Shown here piece after piece: positions 1-11,584 of a stretch of 64,000 nt of DNA. The notes below the pieces were generated by a model. The model saw only the letters and a program-made list of their open reading frames with translations. It did not search any database and was not told the DNA's origin. Origin of the DNA: Eledone cirrhosa (Eukaryota); contig OZ024740.1 of the NCBI GenBank assembly GCA_964016885.1, forward strand, positions 91,698,001 through 91,762,000. The letters are read 5' to 3'. The stretch's first letter is position 1; each line of letters begins with the position of its first letter. The translations under genes and the position numbers were made by a program.

Positions 1-94
1 TAACTCACTCAATATGCAAATTAGGCTGCTCAGCCGTTAATTTTCATAAGGAAAGTATATACTTTCGAACGTTCAACTATCTGGCAGATGGGTA

Positions 95-140
95 AACGGT
101 GCTGATGATAGCTAATTAAGCTTGAAACTAGTACATCGTT
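95..140 (+). ncRNA. Type I hammerhead ribozyme (family A)
   Basis: AACGGTG-CTGATGA-T-AGCT-AATTA-AGCT-T-GAAA-CTAG-TA-CATCGTT. Helix I AACGGTG/CATCGTT, palindromic helix III ACTAGT, predicted cleavage after GUA (A133). Helix I extends over 71-158. Confidence 0.85.
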
Positions 141-319
141 CCTGTGTCAGTGTTGAACAAAAAGCTGACGTGGTTGCCTTAACACCGTAGGGCATAAATT
201 CAGGCTGTCCGCTTTGTTGACAAACAAACGAACAAAGCGGCCGGCGTTATAATAAACGTCGGCTAAACTGATGCGTGCATATATGTATGTGTACCTGTAT
301 GCATATGTGTATACATGTA

Positions 320-444
<125 letters not shown>

Positions 445-681
445 GCGTGCTACTGTACGTCTGTATACATATGTGTATGTACGTATACATACATACTTAC
501 GTTTAAGTAAGTGCCATTCTAAGAGTGAGAAATGAAATTTCGTTTTCATTTTTTTCAACTCATCGTTTTCGGTATGGCTGACCGATTTAACTCACTCAAT
601 ATGCAAATTAGGCTGCTCAGCCGTTAATTTTCATAAGGAAAGTATATACTTTCGAACGTTCAACTATCTGGCAGATGGGTA

Positions 682-726
682 AACGGTGCTGATGATAGCT
701 AACAGGCTTGAAACTAGTACATCGTT
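682..726 (+). ncRNA. Type I hammerhead ribozyme (family A)
   Basis: AACGGTG-CTGATGA-TAGCTAACAGGCTT-GAAA-CTAG-TA-CATCGTT. Confidence 0.85.
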
Positions 727-897
727 CCTGTGTCAGTGTTGAACAAAAAGGTGACGTGGTTGCCTTAACACGGTATGGCATAAATTCAGGCTGTTCGCTT
801 TGTTGCCAAACAAACGAACAAAGCGGCCGGCGTTATAATAAACGTCGGCTAAACTGATGCGTGCATATATGTATGTGTACCTGTATGCATATGTGTA

Positions 898-960
<63 letters not shown>

Positions 961-1016
961 GCGTGCTACTGTACGTCTGTATACATATGTGTATGTACGT
1001 ATACATACATACTTAC

Positions 1017-1063
<47 letters not shown>

Positions 1064-1085
1064 GTATACAAATCAATACAATATA

Positions 1086-1163
1086 ATTACCTCATTACCA
1101 GAGGTTTCCCGAATGAGGCGAATACGAAAGAAACGTCTTCAATCGGTCGTCAGACGAGGCAAT
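1086..1163 (-). ncRNA. Type I hammerhead ribozyme, probably in the 3' pseudo-LTR of the PLE at 2377-3970
   Basis: Minus strand: ATTGCCTCGT-CTGACGA-CCGA...TCGG-GAAA-CCTCTGG-TA-ATGAGGTAAT, with a 10-bp helix I. Confidence 0.8.
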
Positions 1164-2224
1164 ATAAAACATGGGTAAATACTTGGAAAGTCTCATCAAG
1201 AAAAGCAAAAAAAAACAAAAATATATATAGACAAATGAATTAGAATATAAAATATATAAAAATATTTCAAGAAATATAGTTAGGTGTGTGTATATGTATC
1301 TATATACGCTCACAGATGTGCATATATGTGTATGCACATACGTATACGTATAGTGAAAAAGTGTGCGTAAATATATAATTTAGGGCAAATGTATATGTGT
1401 ATCTGTAATCTACAGACAGAATAGATACATCATAAGAATATGAAGGCGCGCGCATAAACACACCTACACACACGTACACTTATATGCGGCAGTAAAAGAG
1501 GTAAGGGAGTGTAATAAATAAGGGAAAGAATCAATCTCGATATATTTATAAAAATGGAACAATAATTTAGGAAGAAAAAAATAAAGAAAAGAAGACAAAC
1601 AAGGTACACGCATACACACACACGTATATCTCACAAAAGAAACGCAAAGATATACATGCTTATATACACACGCACACTTACACATCCATACGTTCGATAC
1701 GTACACACATACACACACACATACTTACACTCACGCATATTGACCTTTTTGCAATCACACGCATAAAAAAGAGGATGTAAAAAAAGGGGGAGAAGAAAAA
1801 AGAAACAAAACATAAAACCTAGATGTAAAACCACGGATATAAAGACACATACACATACACATATATATTTATATATATATATATATACACGCGCACATAC
1901 ATAGGGGCTCATGTACATATATAGAAAGTATACACACATTAAGGCGTTCAGACACATAGATACAGGGTGTAAAAAACTTGTGGATAAGTAAGTACAAATA
2001 TAAAATTACAAATATAAAATTGTAAGATTGGCTGCGCAAAAATAAAGAATAAAAATAAAAATAGAAAATATCTGAGGTGTAAAACGCAAGTGACTTATGT
2101 AATCATTTAGTGAAGCAAATAGGGAAGTAAAAAATGGAAAGTGAAGATATTAGGTAAGCGAATCGGAGAATAAAGAGGGAGGGGTGTGTTATTGGTGGAT
2201 GTGAAGTAAAAATTAAAAAAATAT

Positions 2225-2308
2225 ATAAAAATAAAAATAAAAATCAAAATAAAAATAAAAATTAAAATAAAAATAAAAATAAAAATAAAAATAAAAATAA
2301 AAATAATT
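2225..2308. repeat. (AAAAAT)n-type simple repeat
   Basis: Direct tandem repetition. Confidence 0.85.
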
Positions 2309-2376
2309 GAAATTAATAATAAGGATAAAAATGAAAGTAAATCAGAAAGGGTAATTATAAAGAGAATAATAATAGT

Positions 2377-3970
2377 TTATGGAGGATAAGTATCTGAAAG
2401 TGTGTTAAGTTTATATGAGCTGGAAAGCAGGTATGATTTAATGTGTGGGCAACTGGTGAACATTTCCGTCTTTGTGTTCAGGCAGGTCTTTGCTGATTTA
2501 AGATTTTGCAAGATCCAATATTTTTCAGTTATGCAGAGCGTGCATTTTCTTGTTCTTCTTGCATATTCTTTAGATTGGTTCAAAATTGACTAATCCAATT
2601 TATATTGGATGGCTTGGTCTTTCAAATCCCAAATTCGTCTAGCCAGAGCTGTTGTAAATCTTTTTTCTGGATGTCTAAAGGATGCGACATGTGAGTAATA
2701 ACGCGTTTTAAATTTGTCTTTCTTCATACCCACATATCGTTCACTGGTGGCTGGATGGTTGTTACTGATGGTTGTCACTTTAGCCTCATATACAATGGCT
2801 TTGGTGATGCATTTACCTTGTAATGGGCATTCACTTTTGATTATACAGGAGCAATTTTGATGTTCTCTAGGTGATTTGTTGTTGATGATATAGGACTTAA
2901 TAGGGGGACCGCAGGAATAGCTAATTTTGACACAGTTTCTGTTAAAGATCTTATAGTATCTATGTGTTCTAGGGAAATGTTTATCTAGGAGCTCTAGGAA
3001 TTGTTTGCCTACATTAGTTTTAACTGCTCGAGAGTAGGGGTGTGTGAACCCGATTATTTTTCTTTTCCTGTGTTTATGTTTAATAGAGTTAGTATAGTTG
3101 GGTATGTATTTAATTGGTTCGCTAAAACCGCTATTTTTGAGGGCTTTATTATAGTAGGGGATGCCTTATTAAAAATAGCTTCTGAGGAAGAGAGGGTGGA
3201 GTTCCTACGGCTAATATTAGGGATAAGGTTTTTAAAACTATAGGAGGATGGCAAGAGCCTTTATTTATATATGTTTAGTTGTCATTAGTTTTATGGTATG
3301 TTTTATAAGAAGCATTAGGCACATCTAGGTTTATATCTAGGAAATCTACATTGGAAAGTTTAGTGTCAATAGTAATTTTAAGATTAAAACTAGCGAAGGT
3401 TTTTATTAAGTCTTTCCTTAATATATCTATGTTATGGCCTATGGTGGTATGGGAAAGTATTAGACCATCGTCGCGATAAAGCCCAAAAATATGGTTAGGA
3501 AATTTTTCTTTAAGTTTATGTAGGAGGAATAGGCCGACCAAATCACAAACATCAGCACTGTCATAAGAGCCCATTTGAGACATCGAATGGGCTCTCTGTG
3601 TTAGATATTTTTACCCAAGTGTCATTATCAGTAAAGAGTAGAGTGTGTCTAGCGTGCAAGATGACATTCTCTTCAATATCGGAGATATTAGTAAACCCTC
3701 TAGCGAAATTTAAAGCTTTCGCTAAAAGGGTCTGAGTGATAGATGGGTAGAAATGTACAATGTCAAATTGGTTGAATCTAGAACTATTTTTGTTTTTTAT
3801 ATTATTAAACCAATGTACTTCGGAAGAGCTATTTATCCATTGAAGTAATTTAGACGACTTCTAATGTGTGTATTTATATTATTTAACATTTTTTTGCTGG
3901 CAAGACCAATATCAGTCTTAGCAGGGTTGATTAATCTACAACTAGGACGATTTATAAAGTTCTGTTTGGT
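2377..3970 (-). mobile_element. Penelope-like element, 5'-truncated and frameshifted (RT plus C-terminal GIY-YIG)
   Basis: RT motifs MGSYDSADVCDLVG, GLYRDDGL, VDFLDINL. Endonuclease region CSC..CPLQGKC..IVYEA, YVG..FKTRYYSH, CTLCITEK. Confidence 0.9.
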
Positions 3971-3974
3971 GGCT

Positions 3975-6420
3975 CCGGGGTTTACGGTGGTATTAGAGGC
4001 AGTGAGCCTATTCCTATGTATGCCAACTATGTGCTGGGCTACGGAGCATGTGGTTGAGTAGGCAGTTTCACCGTGTGCCTGGTGAATATTTTATGGTACT
4101 TGTGGGCCCTAGGGAAACTTTTATCCCGTACTCTAAAAAATGTTCTAGCCAGACTGGTACGTAGAGCCACCGAGTACGGAGTGTTATGTCATGTGACCTT
4201 CATGGTCCTATTCTTGCGCGGTTGTTGGGTGTCTGAGCACAGCTCAGGTCGAGCTCGGTTGGTGTCACTCAGGTGTGCGGAGCGGTCACTATCATGACGT
4301 CACTATTATGGGCCCACCGTGGGGCTAAAAACCTGCAAGGTGCGGCCTCCCTGCTGAATTAGGGTTCGGCGGGTGGTGAGGCCGGTGCAGGGGTGCCTAT
4401 GCTCCGGAGCACAGTGGTCTTCAGCGTTGAAAGTATTAGACCGGTTGGGTATGCGGGACCTTCTACCGGGGGTGGTGATGGATAGGGGCCTGGGAGTGTT
4501 ACTACTGGTCACTAAGGTATTAGGTGGGCGACTCATGCCCCTGAGGGTATTGGTCCGGGGTTCGCTTGGGTCATGTCGATCATGTCCCTTAGGGTTATAG
4601 CTGATCATATGGCTGTGGGACGCCTTAGCTAGCGCTGAGTTATAGTAATCAGCGTTACTATTGAAGATCTCTTTATTAGCCGACAAGTTAGAGAACCTGT
4701 CAGAGACACTCTTAACTATGGCCTTAACTATAGATCTAGGGTGATTAGACCCAGCGTTGATATACACCAGCTTCTCATTGGGTTTATGATATTGGTGGTG
4801 TAGCTTGGTGTTGAGGTTGAGGGTGGTGTCCAGGAAATTCACTACTTTTCTATTGCGTTCCATCTCGACCTTAAGTCCTACCTTGCTAAAGAAGTGCCTA
4901 ATTTCTCCTCTTCATATCTTCGACCATTGTGGTGATGTGGTCCACTACGGTGAATACAGCCCGCAACCCAGGTTGGGTATTTCTCTCCTGATCTCGTAGA
5001 GTATGTATATCCCAACCAAGTCCGTTAGCTGCGCGGAGACAATGGAGCCCATTGTAATGTCAACATTATTTGGCCAGTCGCTCCGGGTCCATATGTCTCC
5101 AGCGAATCGGATCAGGGTCTTTCTGGCGGCGTGTATTATTCGGACCTCATCGCGTGTTAGGTCTATCCACTTCATCGCGAATATAAGTGCCCTGTTCAGG
5201 GCTATGGGCGAGATAGAGGAGTAGTAATTGTTTATGTCTAGTTGTATGAAGCTAGTCCTATTTTTGTCAGGTAAAAATATAAACCTGTCCAGCACTTGGC
5301 CGGTGCAGGACCAGAGTTGTAAACATATTTACTCTTAAGTGTAAGCAGGATCTTATCTCAAATGCTTTTGCTAATAAACCTCATGTCTGACCGGGAGGTG
5401 GCTATCAGTCTGACCGGCAGGTTAAACTCGAAGTTTGGTATGTGGTCCTTAATGGTTGTCCTCGGCTACCGTGGTTAGTATGGGGCCGTCCTATCATATA
5501 TACCAAGACCAGATACGATCTCATAGGCCTAGATGTTGATATCCTCCAAGGTAGACTCGGGCGATTTTTTGTAGCTTTTTCTCAATTCCCTGAGGATTAG
5601 CTCATGATAAAGTTGAACGTCCATGCTGTAAAGTTTGTTGGTTTTGTCGGCATGTAGATTCCTTAAGCTCGGTAATTCTATTTTCCAGTCGTCTAACGTA
5701 CTCCCGATCCCGGTATGGTTGGTCGGAAAATTTGATGTTGGAAATGATGCCAATCATTTCGTTCTCGAACTCTTCCAATAGTCTGTTGTATGTTCTTCTT
5801 GATCTGAAGAGGCACTCCATTTTTTTTTGGGGGGGGGGGTTATTAATATTTGGGTTACCTCTAGCAGAGTGGTAAGCCCTCCACGTCACCTTACGTATTA
5901 GGGAGTCAGTACTCTTAGTGAGATTCCTGGTGTATTCTCTTTTACCTGATAACGGGATGTCCTTCAGTGATGCCAGAGTGGTGAGTTTATACATATTGGC
6001 TGCGGTCCGCTACTGTATGAAGCGCTCAACAGGATGTGGAGTGTGGGTGAGCAAGAAAGTAAGTGTTGGTAAAATCTAGTACTTCAGTATGCGGATAGGG
6101 AGCACTCAACGAAGATATAAATTCCGGAGTTATAAGAGTGACGAAACATAAATCAATTGCATAAACTCATAATCCTTTATTTACTGCTATATATATTTCG
6201 ATGAAAGCCATTGAATGGCTATAACCTCATCAGGCAGTTAGTCAGTTCTTAGATATGCCAGCTCTGTGTTTATAGTGTTGATGGTATCAGAGCATTGGGA
6301 CACATGAGCTTGTTAGGAATAATTTAATGTTGTCAGCAGGAATAGTTTTGATTTTCATTGGTCAGTTTGTAGATGGTAGTAGGGTTGGTATTTGACCTCA
6401 AAGAGGCAGGTGGTGTTGTA
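3975..6420 (-). mobile_element. Second Penelope-like element (N-terminus, RT and thumb; endonuclease end missing), disrupted
   Basis: ORF pieces 5602-5994, 4945-5295 (IQLDINNYYSSI, DITMGS..QLTDLVG) and 4306-4863 (VNFLDTTLNL, YHKPNE..YIN..SNHP). HHR lies upstream. Confidence 0.85.
6183..6238 (-). ncRNA. Type I hammerhead ribozyme upstream of the PLE ORF
   Basis: Minus strand: ACTGC-CTGATGA-GGT..AGCCATTCAATGGCT..ATC-GAAA-TATATA-TA-GCAGT. Confidence 0.75.
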
Positions 6421-6521
6421 AAGTTCAAACCGTCAGGCAAGATGACAACAGTTCCATATGACTGATTTTCACAAAAAGCATTCCTGATCAGATATATATT
6501 CAATTAAGTTTAAACCATTCT

Positions 6522-6591
<70 letters not shown>

Positions 6592-6809
6592 TAAGTTAAA
6601 AATGTACATCCACATATGTATACTGAAATACTAGTATGCATATGAATACACACACGTATACATATGTAGATGTACCGAGTTTTTCACTGGTCACTTTACT
6701 GTGAGTGTCCAGCTATTCTGTATGTAAACACACAGACAAACCGGTTTTTAGAGTCATACTGGTTTTTGAGGAAACACCTTTCCTCTATTCTCCAGAAAGC
6801 CAGACAAGG

Positions 6810-6854
6810 AATATTGAACTAGTTTCGATGTTGTTACATCTCATCAGCAATATT
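6810..6854 (-). ncRNA. Type I hammerhead ribozyme (family B, copy 1)
   Basis: Minus strand: AATATTG-CTGATGA-GATGT-AACA-ACATC-GAAA-CTAG-TT-CAATATT. Perfect helices I and II, palindromic ACTAGT helix III, GUU cleavage triplet. Extended helix I spans 6788-6881. Confidence 0.92.
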
Positions 6855-6900
6855 TACCTATCTTCCGGCCTCTCTAGAGAATCGTAAAAGCACATATCGT

Positions 6901-6958
6901 TATATGCTTTTTCTATGAAAATTAATAGTGGGCAGACTAATTTGCATAGAGCGTGAGT
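6901..6958 (-). promoter_or_regulatory. Conserved octamer-containing block upstream of the HHR (putative snRNA-type promoter), present in every family B unit and in family A (e.g. 3-62, 590-650, 20480-20540)
   Basis: Family B: ATGCAAATTAGTCTGCCCACTATTAATTTTCATAGAAAAAGCATATA. Family A: ATGCAAATTAGGCTGCTCAGCCGTTAATTTTCATAAGGAAAGTATATA. Promoter function is inferred only. Confidence 0.4.
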
Positions 6959-7275
6959 ACGTACCGGTTCAACGGAGACGATAAAAACAAATAACGAAAC
7001 GAAATTAAATTTCGTTTCGTTTGTAACTCACTTTTGTATGACTGACGCTTAAACAATTAAGTTAAAAATGTACATCCACATATGTATACTGAAATACTAG
7101 TATGCATATGAATACACACACGTATACATATGTAGATGTACCGAGTTTTTCACTGGTCACTTTACTGTGAGTGTCCAGCTATTCTGTATGTAAACACACA
7201 GACAAACCGGTTTTTAGAGTCATACTGGTTTTTGAGGAAACACCTTTCCTCTATTCTCCAGAAAGCCAGACAAGG

Positions 7276-7320
7276 AATATTGAACTAGTTTCGATGTTGT
7301 TACATCTCATCAGCAATATT
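7276..7320 (-). ncRNA. Type I hammerhead ribozyme (family B, copy 2)
   Basis: Same motif as copy 1, offset +466. Confidence 0.92.
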
Positions 7321-7741
7321 TACCTATCTTCCGGCCTCTCTAGAGAATCGTAAAAGCACATATCGTTATATGCTTTTTCTATGAAAATTAATAGTGGGCA
7401 GACTAATTTGCATAGAGCGTGAGTACGTACCGGTTCAACGGAGACGATAAAAACAAATAACGAAACGAAATTAAATTTCGTTTCGTTTGTAACTCACTTT
7501 TGTATGACTGACGCTTAAACAATTAAGTTAAAAATGTACATCCACATATGTATACTGAAATACTAGTATGCATATGAATACACACACGTATACATATGTA
7601 GATGTACCGAGTTTTTCACTGGTCACTTTACTGTGAGTGTCCAGCTATTCTGTATGTAAACACACAGACAAACCGGTTTTTAGAGTCATACTGGTTTTTG
7701 AGGAAACACCTTTCCTCTATTCTCCAGAAAGCCAGACAAGG

Positions 7742-7786
7742 AATATTGAACTAGTTTCGATGTTGTTACATCTCATCAGCAATATT
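7742..7786 (-). ncRNA. Type I hammerhead ribozyme (family B, copy 3)
   Basis: Same motif as copy 1. Confidence 0.92.
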
Positions 7787-8207
7787 TACCTATCTTCCGG
7801 CCTCTCTAGAGAATCGTAAAAGCACATATCGTTATATGCTTTTTCTATGAAAATTAATAGTGGGCAGACTAATTTGCATAGAGCGTGAGTACGTACCGGT
7901 TCAACGGAGACGATAAAAACAAATAACGAAACGAAATTAAATTTCGTTTCGTTTGTAACTCACTTTTGTATGACTGACGCTTAAACAATTAAGTTAAAAA
8001 TGTACATCCACATATGTATACTGAAATACTAGTATGCATATGAATACACACACGTATACATATGTAGATGTACCGAGTTTTTCACTGGTCACTTTACTCT
8101 GAGTGTCCAGCTATTCTGTATGTAAACACACAGACAAACCGGTTTTTAGAGTCATACTGGTTTTTGAGGAAACACCTTTCCTCTATTCTCCAGAAAGCCA
8201 GACAAGG

Positions 8208-8252
8208 AATATTGAACTAGTTTCGATGTTGTTACATCTCATCAGCAATATT
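8208..8252 (-). ncRNA. Type I hammerhead ribozyme (family B, copy 4)
   Basis: Same motif as copy 1. Confidence 0.92.
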
Positions 8253-8673
8253 TACCTATCTTCCGGCCTCTCTAGAGAATCGTAAAAGCACATATCGTTA
8301 TATGCTTTTTCTATGAAAATTAATAGTGGGCAGACTAATTTGCATAGAGCGTGAGTACGTACCGGTTCAACGGAGACGATAAAAACAAATAACGAAACGA
8401 AATTAAATTTCGTTTCGTTTGTAACTCACTTTTGTATGACTGACGCTTAAACAATTAAGTTAAAAATGTACATCCACATATGTATACTGAAATACTAGTA
8501 TGCATATGAATACACACACGTATACATATGTAGATGTACCGAGTTTTTCACTGGTCACTTTACTGTGAGTGTCCAGCTATTCTGTATGTAAACACACAGA
8601 CAAACCGGTTTTTAGAGTCATACTGGTTTTTGAGGAAACACCTTTCCTCTATTCTCCAGAAAGCCAGACAAGG

Positions 8674-8718
8674 AATATTGAACTAGTTTCGATGTTGTTA
8701 CATCTCATCAGCAATATT
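8674..8718 (-). ncRNA. Type I hammerhead ribozyme (family B, copy 5)
   Basis: Same motif as copy 1. Confidence 0.92.
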
Positions 8719-9139
8719 TACCTATCTTCCGGCCTCTCTAGAGAATCGTAAAAGCACATATCGTTATATGCTTTTTCTATGAAAATTAATAGTGGGCAGA
8801 CTAATTTGCATAGAGCGTGAGTACGTACCGGTTCAACGGAGACGATAAAAACAAATAACGAAACGAAATTAAATTTCGTTTCGTTTGTAACTCACTTTTG
8901 TATGACTGACGCTTAAACAATTAAGTTAAAAATGTACATCCACATATGTATACTGAAATACTAGTATGCATATGAATACACACACGTATACATATGTAGA
9001 TGTACCGAGTTTTTCACTGGTCACTTTACTGTGAGTGTCCAGCTATTCTGTATGTAAACACACAGACAAACCGGTTTTTAGAGTCATACTGGTTTTTGAG
9101 GAAACACCTTTCCTCTATTCTCCAGAAAGCCAGACAAGG

Positions 9140-9184
9140 AATATTGAACTAGTTTCGATGTTGTTACATCTCATCAGCAATATT
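9140..9184 (-). ncRNA. Type I hammerhead ribozyme (family B, copy 6)
   Basis: Same motif as copy 1. Confidence 0.92.
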
Positions 9185-9605
9185 TACCTATCTTCCGGCC
9201 TCTCTAGAGAATCGTAAAAGCACATATCGTTATATGCTTTTTCTATGAAAATTAATAGTGGGCAGACTAATTTGCATAGAGCGTGAGTACGTACCGGTTC
9301 AACGGAGACGATAAAAACAAATAACGAAACGAAATTAAATTTCGTTTCGTTTGTAACTCACTTTTGTATGACTGACGCTTAAACAATTAAGTTAAAAATG
9401 TACATCCACATATGTATACTGAAATACTAGTATGCATATGAATACACACACGTATACATATGTAGATGTACCGAGTTTTTCACTGGTCACTTTACTGTGA
9501 GTGTCCAGCTATTCTGTATGTAAACACACAGACAAACCGGTTTTTAGAGTCATACTGGTTTTTGAGGAAACACCTTTCCTCTATTCTCCAGAAAGCCAGA
9601 CAAGG

Positions 9606-9650
9606 AATATTGAACTAGTTTCGATGTTGTTACATCTCATCAGCAATATT
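9606..9650 (-). ncRNA. Type I hammerhead ribozyme (family B, copy 7)
   Basis: Same motif as copy 1. Confidence 0.92.
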
Positions 9651-10125
9651 TACCTATCTTCCGGCCTCTCTAGAGAATCGTAAAAGCACATATCGTTATA
9701 TGCTTTTTCTATGAAAATTAATAGTGGGCAGACTAATTTGCATAGAGCGTGAGTACGTACCGGTTCAACGGAGACGATAAAAACAAATAACGAAACGAAA
9801 TTAAATTTCGTTTCGTTTGTAACTCACTTTTGTATGACTGACGCTTAAACAATTAAGTTAAAAATGTACATCCACATATGAAAACCAGTATGACTCTAAA
9901 AACCGGTTTGTCTGTGTGTTTACATACAGAATAGCTGGACACTCACAGTAAAGTGACCAGTGAAAAACTCGGTACATCTACATATGTATACGTGTGTGTA
10001 TTCATATGCATACTAGTATTTCAGTATACATATGTGGATGTACATTTTTAACTTAATTGTTTAAGCGTCAGTCATACAAAAGTGAGTTACAAACGAAACG
10101 AAATTTAATTTCGTTTCGTTATTTG

Positions 10126-10182
<57 letters not shown>

Positions 10183-10344
10183 GTTTATTAAAATAACAGA
10201 TTAAAGTGTAAGCAAAGGATCGCTGCTTTCACCCTTAACGGGATTTTCTGAAACTAAAAAAGTAAATATGTGAAGGTAGAAATAAATATTTCAAAAAGCG
10301 TTAAAACTGAAGGAAGACAGGAAGACGATACTTTGGTTAGTGGA

Positions 10345-10730
10345 AACGTTCCCTGGCAAAGAACGGAAAAAAACGAGGATAATACGTAATTATTAGGAGC
10401 GGTGAAAAAAATTACACGCAAAGACAAAACCACATTTATGGTATAAAATAATTCGTAGACTAATATTCTATTAGGTGGTTCATATTCGGTTTCCTAAATA
10501 GAATTTTAGTCTACGACTTCAGTTATATAATTTACGTGGTTTTGACTGCGTGTAATTGTTCTGATCGCTCTACATAATGACGTATTATCTTCCTTTTTTT
10601 CCGTTCATTGCCAGAGGACGTCTCCATGAACCACCTAATAGAATATTACTCTACGACTTCATTTATACCATAGACGTGGTTTTGTCTTTGCGTTTAATTA
10701 ATTGTTTTCACCAATCCAAATAATGACGAT
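10345..10730. repeat. Imperfect inverted/duplicated repeat of a ~140-bp unit
   Basis: 10345-10480 is complementary to both 10500-10620 and 10625-10730. Confidence 0.6.
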
Positions 10731-10879
10731 AAACAATTAATTCATTCGGTCATCAGTGTTTACCATTGACAACGGTCAAAAATAGAGATATAATATAGAT
10801 ATAAACACATATATATTTTAGACTATATGTTTTGACAATATTTCTTTCGACACACGATTTCATATCAACAACCTCGCAA

Positions 10880-10953
<74 letters not shown>

Positions 10954-11067
10954 GGAACGAGTAGGACCCCGACGGCCGAGCTCAAGACGTTTCGACGGCT
11001 AATTCTGGACGGTATTGAGTATTTTGTTGCGTTATGTTCCACCTGGATCCTTACCACATTTCCTCCG

Positions 11068-11106
<39 letters not shown>

Positions 11107-11348
11107 TTGGAGTGAACATTTTAGTAAGTAAGTTAATTTTAAAATTTTTTTAAAATGTTCCTATTTTACGTCTTTTATATTATATATATATGTATATATA
11201 TATATATATATCTATATGCAAAAGTGTTATTTAAAATTGTTGGGTTACAAGTAGTAAATATTTTATAACTGATATAAAACACTCAACAAGTTTTGGAGTA
11301 GATATACGATATTAAACAAATGGAAACTATATTTATAAAACCATATTT

Positions 11349-11412
11349 ATTTCATTATATATATTTCAGCGATACCATATTAAAAATATGGCATGCCTTC
11401 TTCAGATAAAAT
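11349..11412 (-). ncRNA. Type I hammerhead ribozyme
   Basis: Minus strand: ATTTTAT-CTGAAGA-AGGC-ATGCCATATT-TTT-AATATGGTAT-CGCT-GAAA-TATATA-TA-ATGAAAT. Confidence 0.72.
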
Positions 11413-11520
11413 ACAATATATAAGCAGTTTTATAAATAAATTTGACGTACCATAAATATTGATCAACTTCCATTTGAGAAGTTGGTTTGGTAGTTATTTA
11501 TAAAACTGCTTATATATTGT

Positions 11521-11584
11521 ATTTTATCTGAAGAAGGCATGCCATATTTTTAATATGGTATCCCTGAAATATGTATAATGAAAT
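11521..11584 (+). ncRNA. Type I hammerhead ribozyme
   Basis: ATTTTAT-CTGAAGA-AGG.ATGCCATATT-TTT-AATATGGTAT.CCT-GAAA-TATGTA-TA-ATGAAAT. Confidence 0.75.

Larger units (their letters stand above)
6587..10132 (-). mobile_element. Tandem array family B (retrozyme-like): 7 x 466 bp plus partial unit to 9880, then an inverted partial unit 9881-~10132; flanked by (TA)n
   Basis: Exact 466-bp periodicity (ORF track repeats at 6705, 7171 ... 9501). One HHR per unit. 9881 onward is the reverse complement of part of the unit. Confidence 0.92.

Noticed and set aside
6705-9683. 60-aa ORF repeated seven times
   Set aside because: GTG start, no recognisable motif, antisense to the ribozyme and not conserved in sister family A; a by-product of the repeat
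6587-9880. CRISPR-like or centromeric-satellite reading of the array
   Set aside because: No unique spacers, the context is eukaryotic, and the short array with an inverted tail and one HHR per unit fits a retroposed unit better
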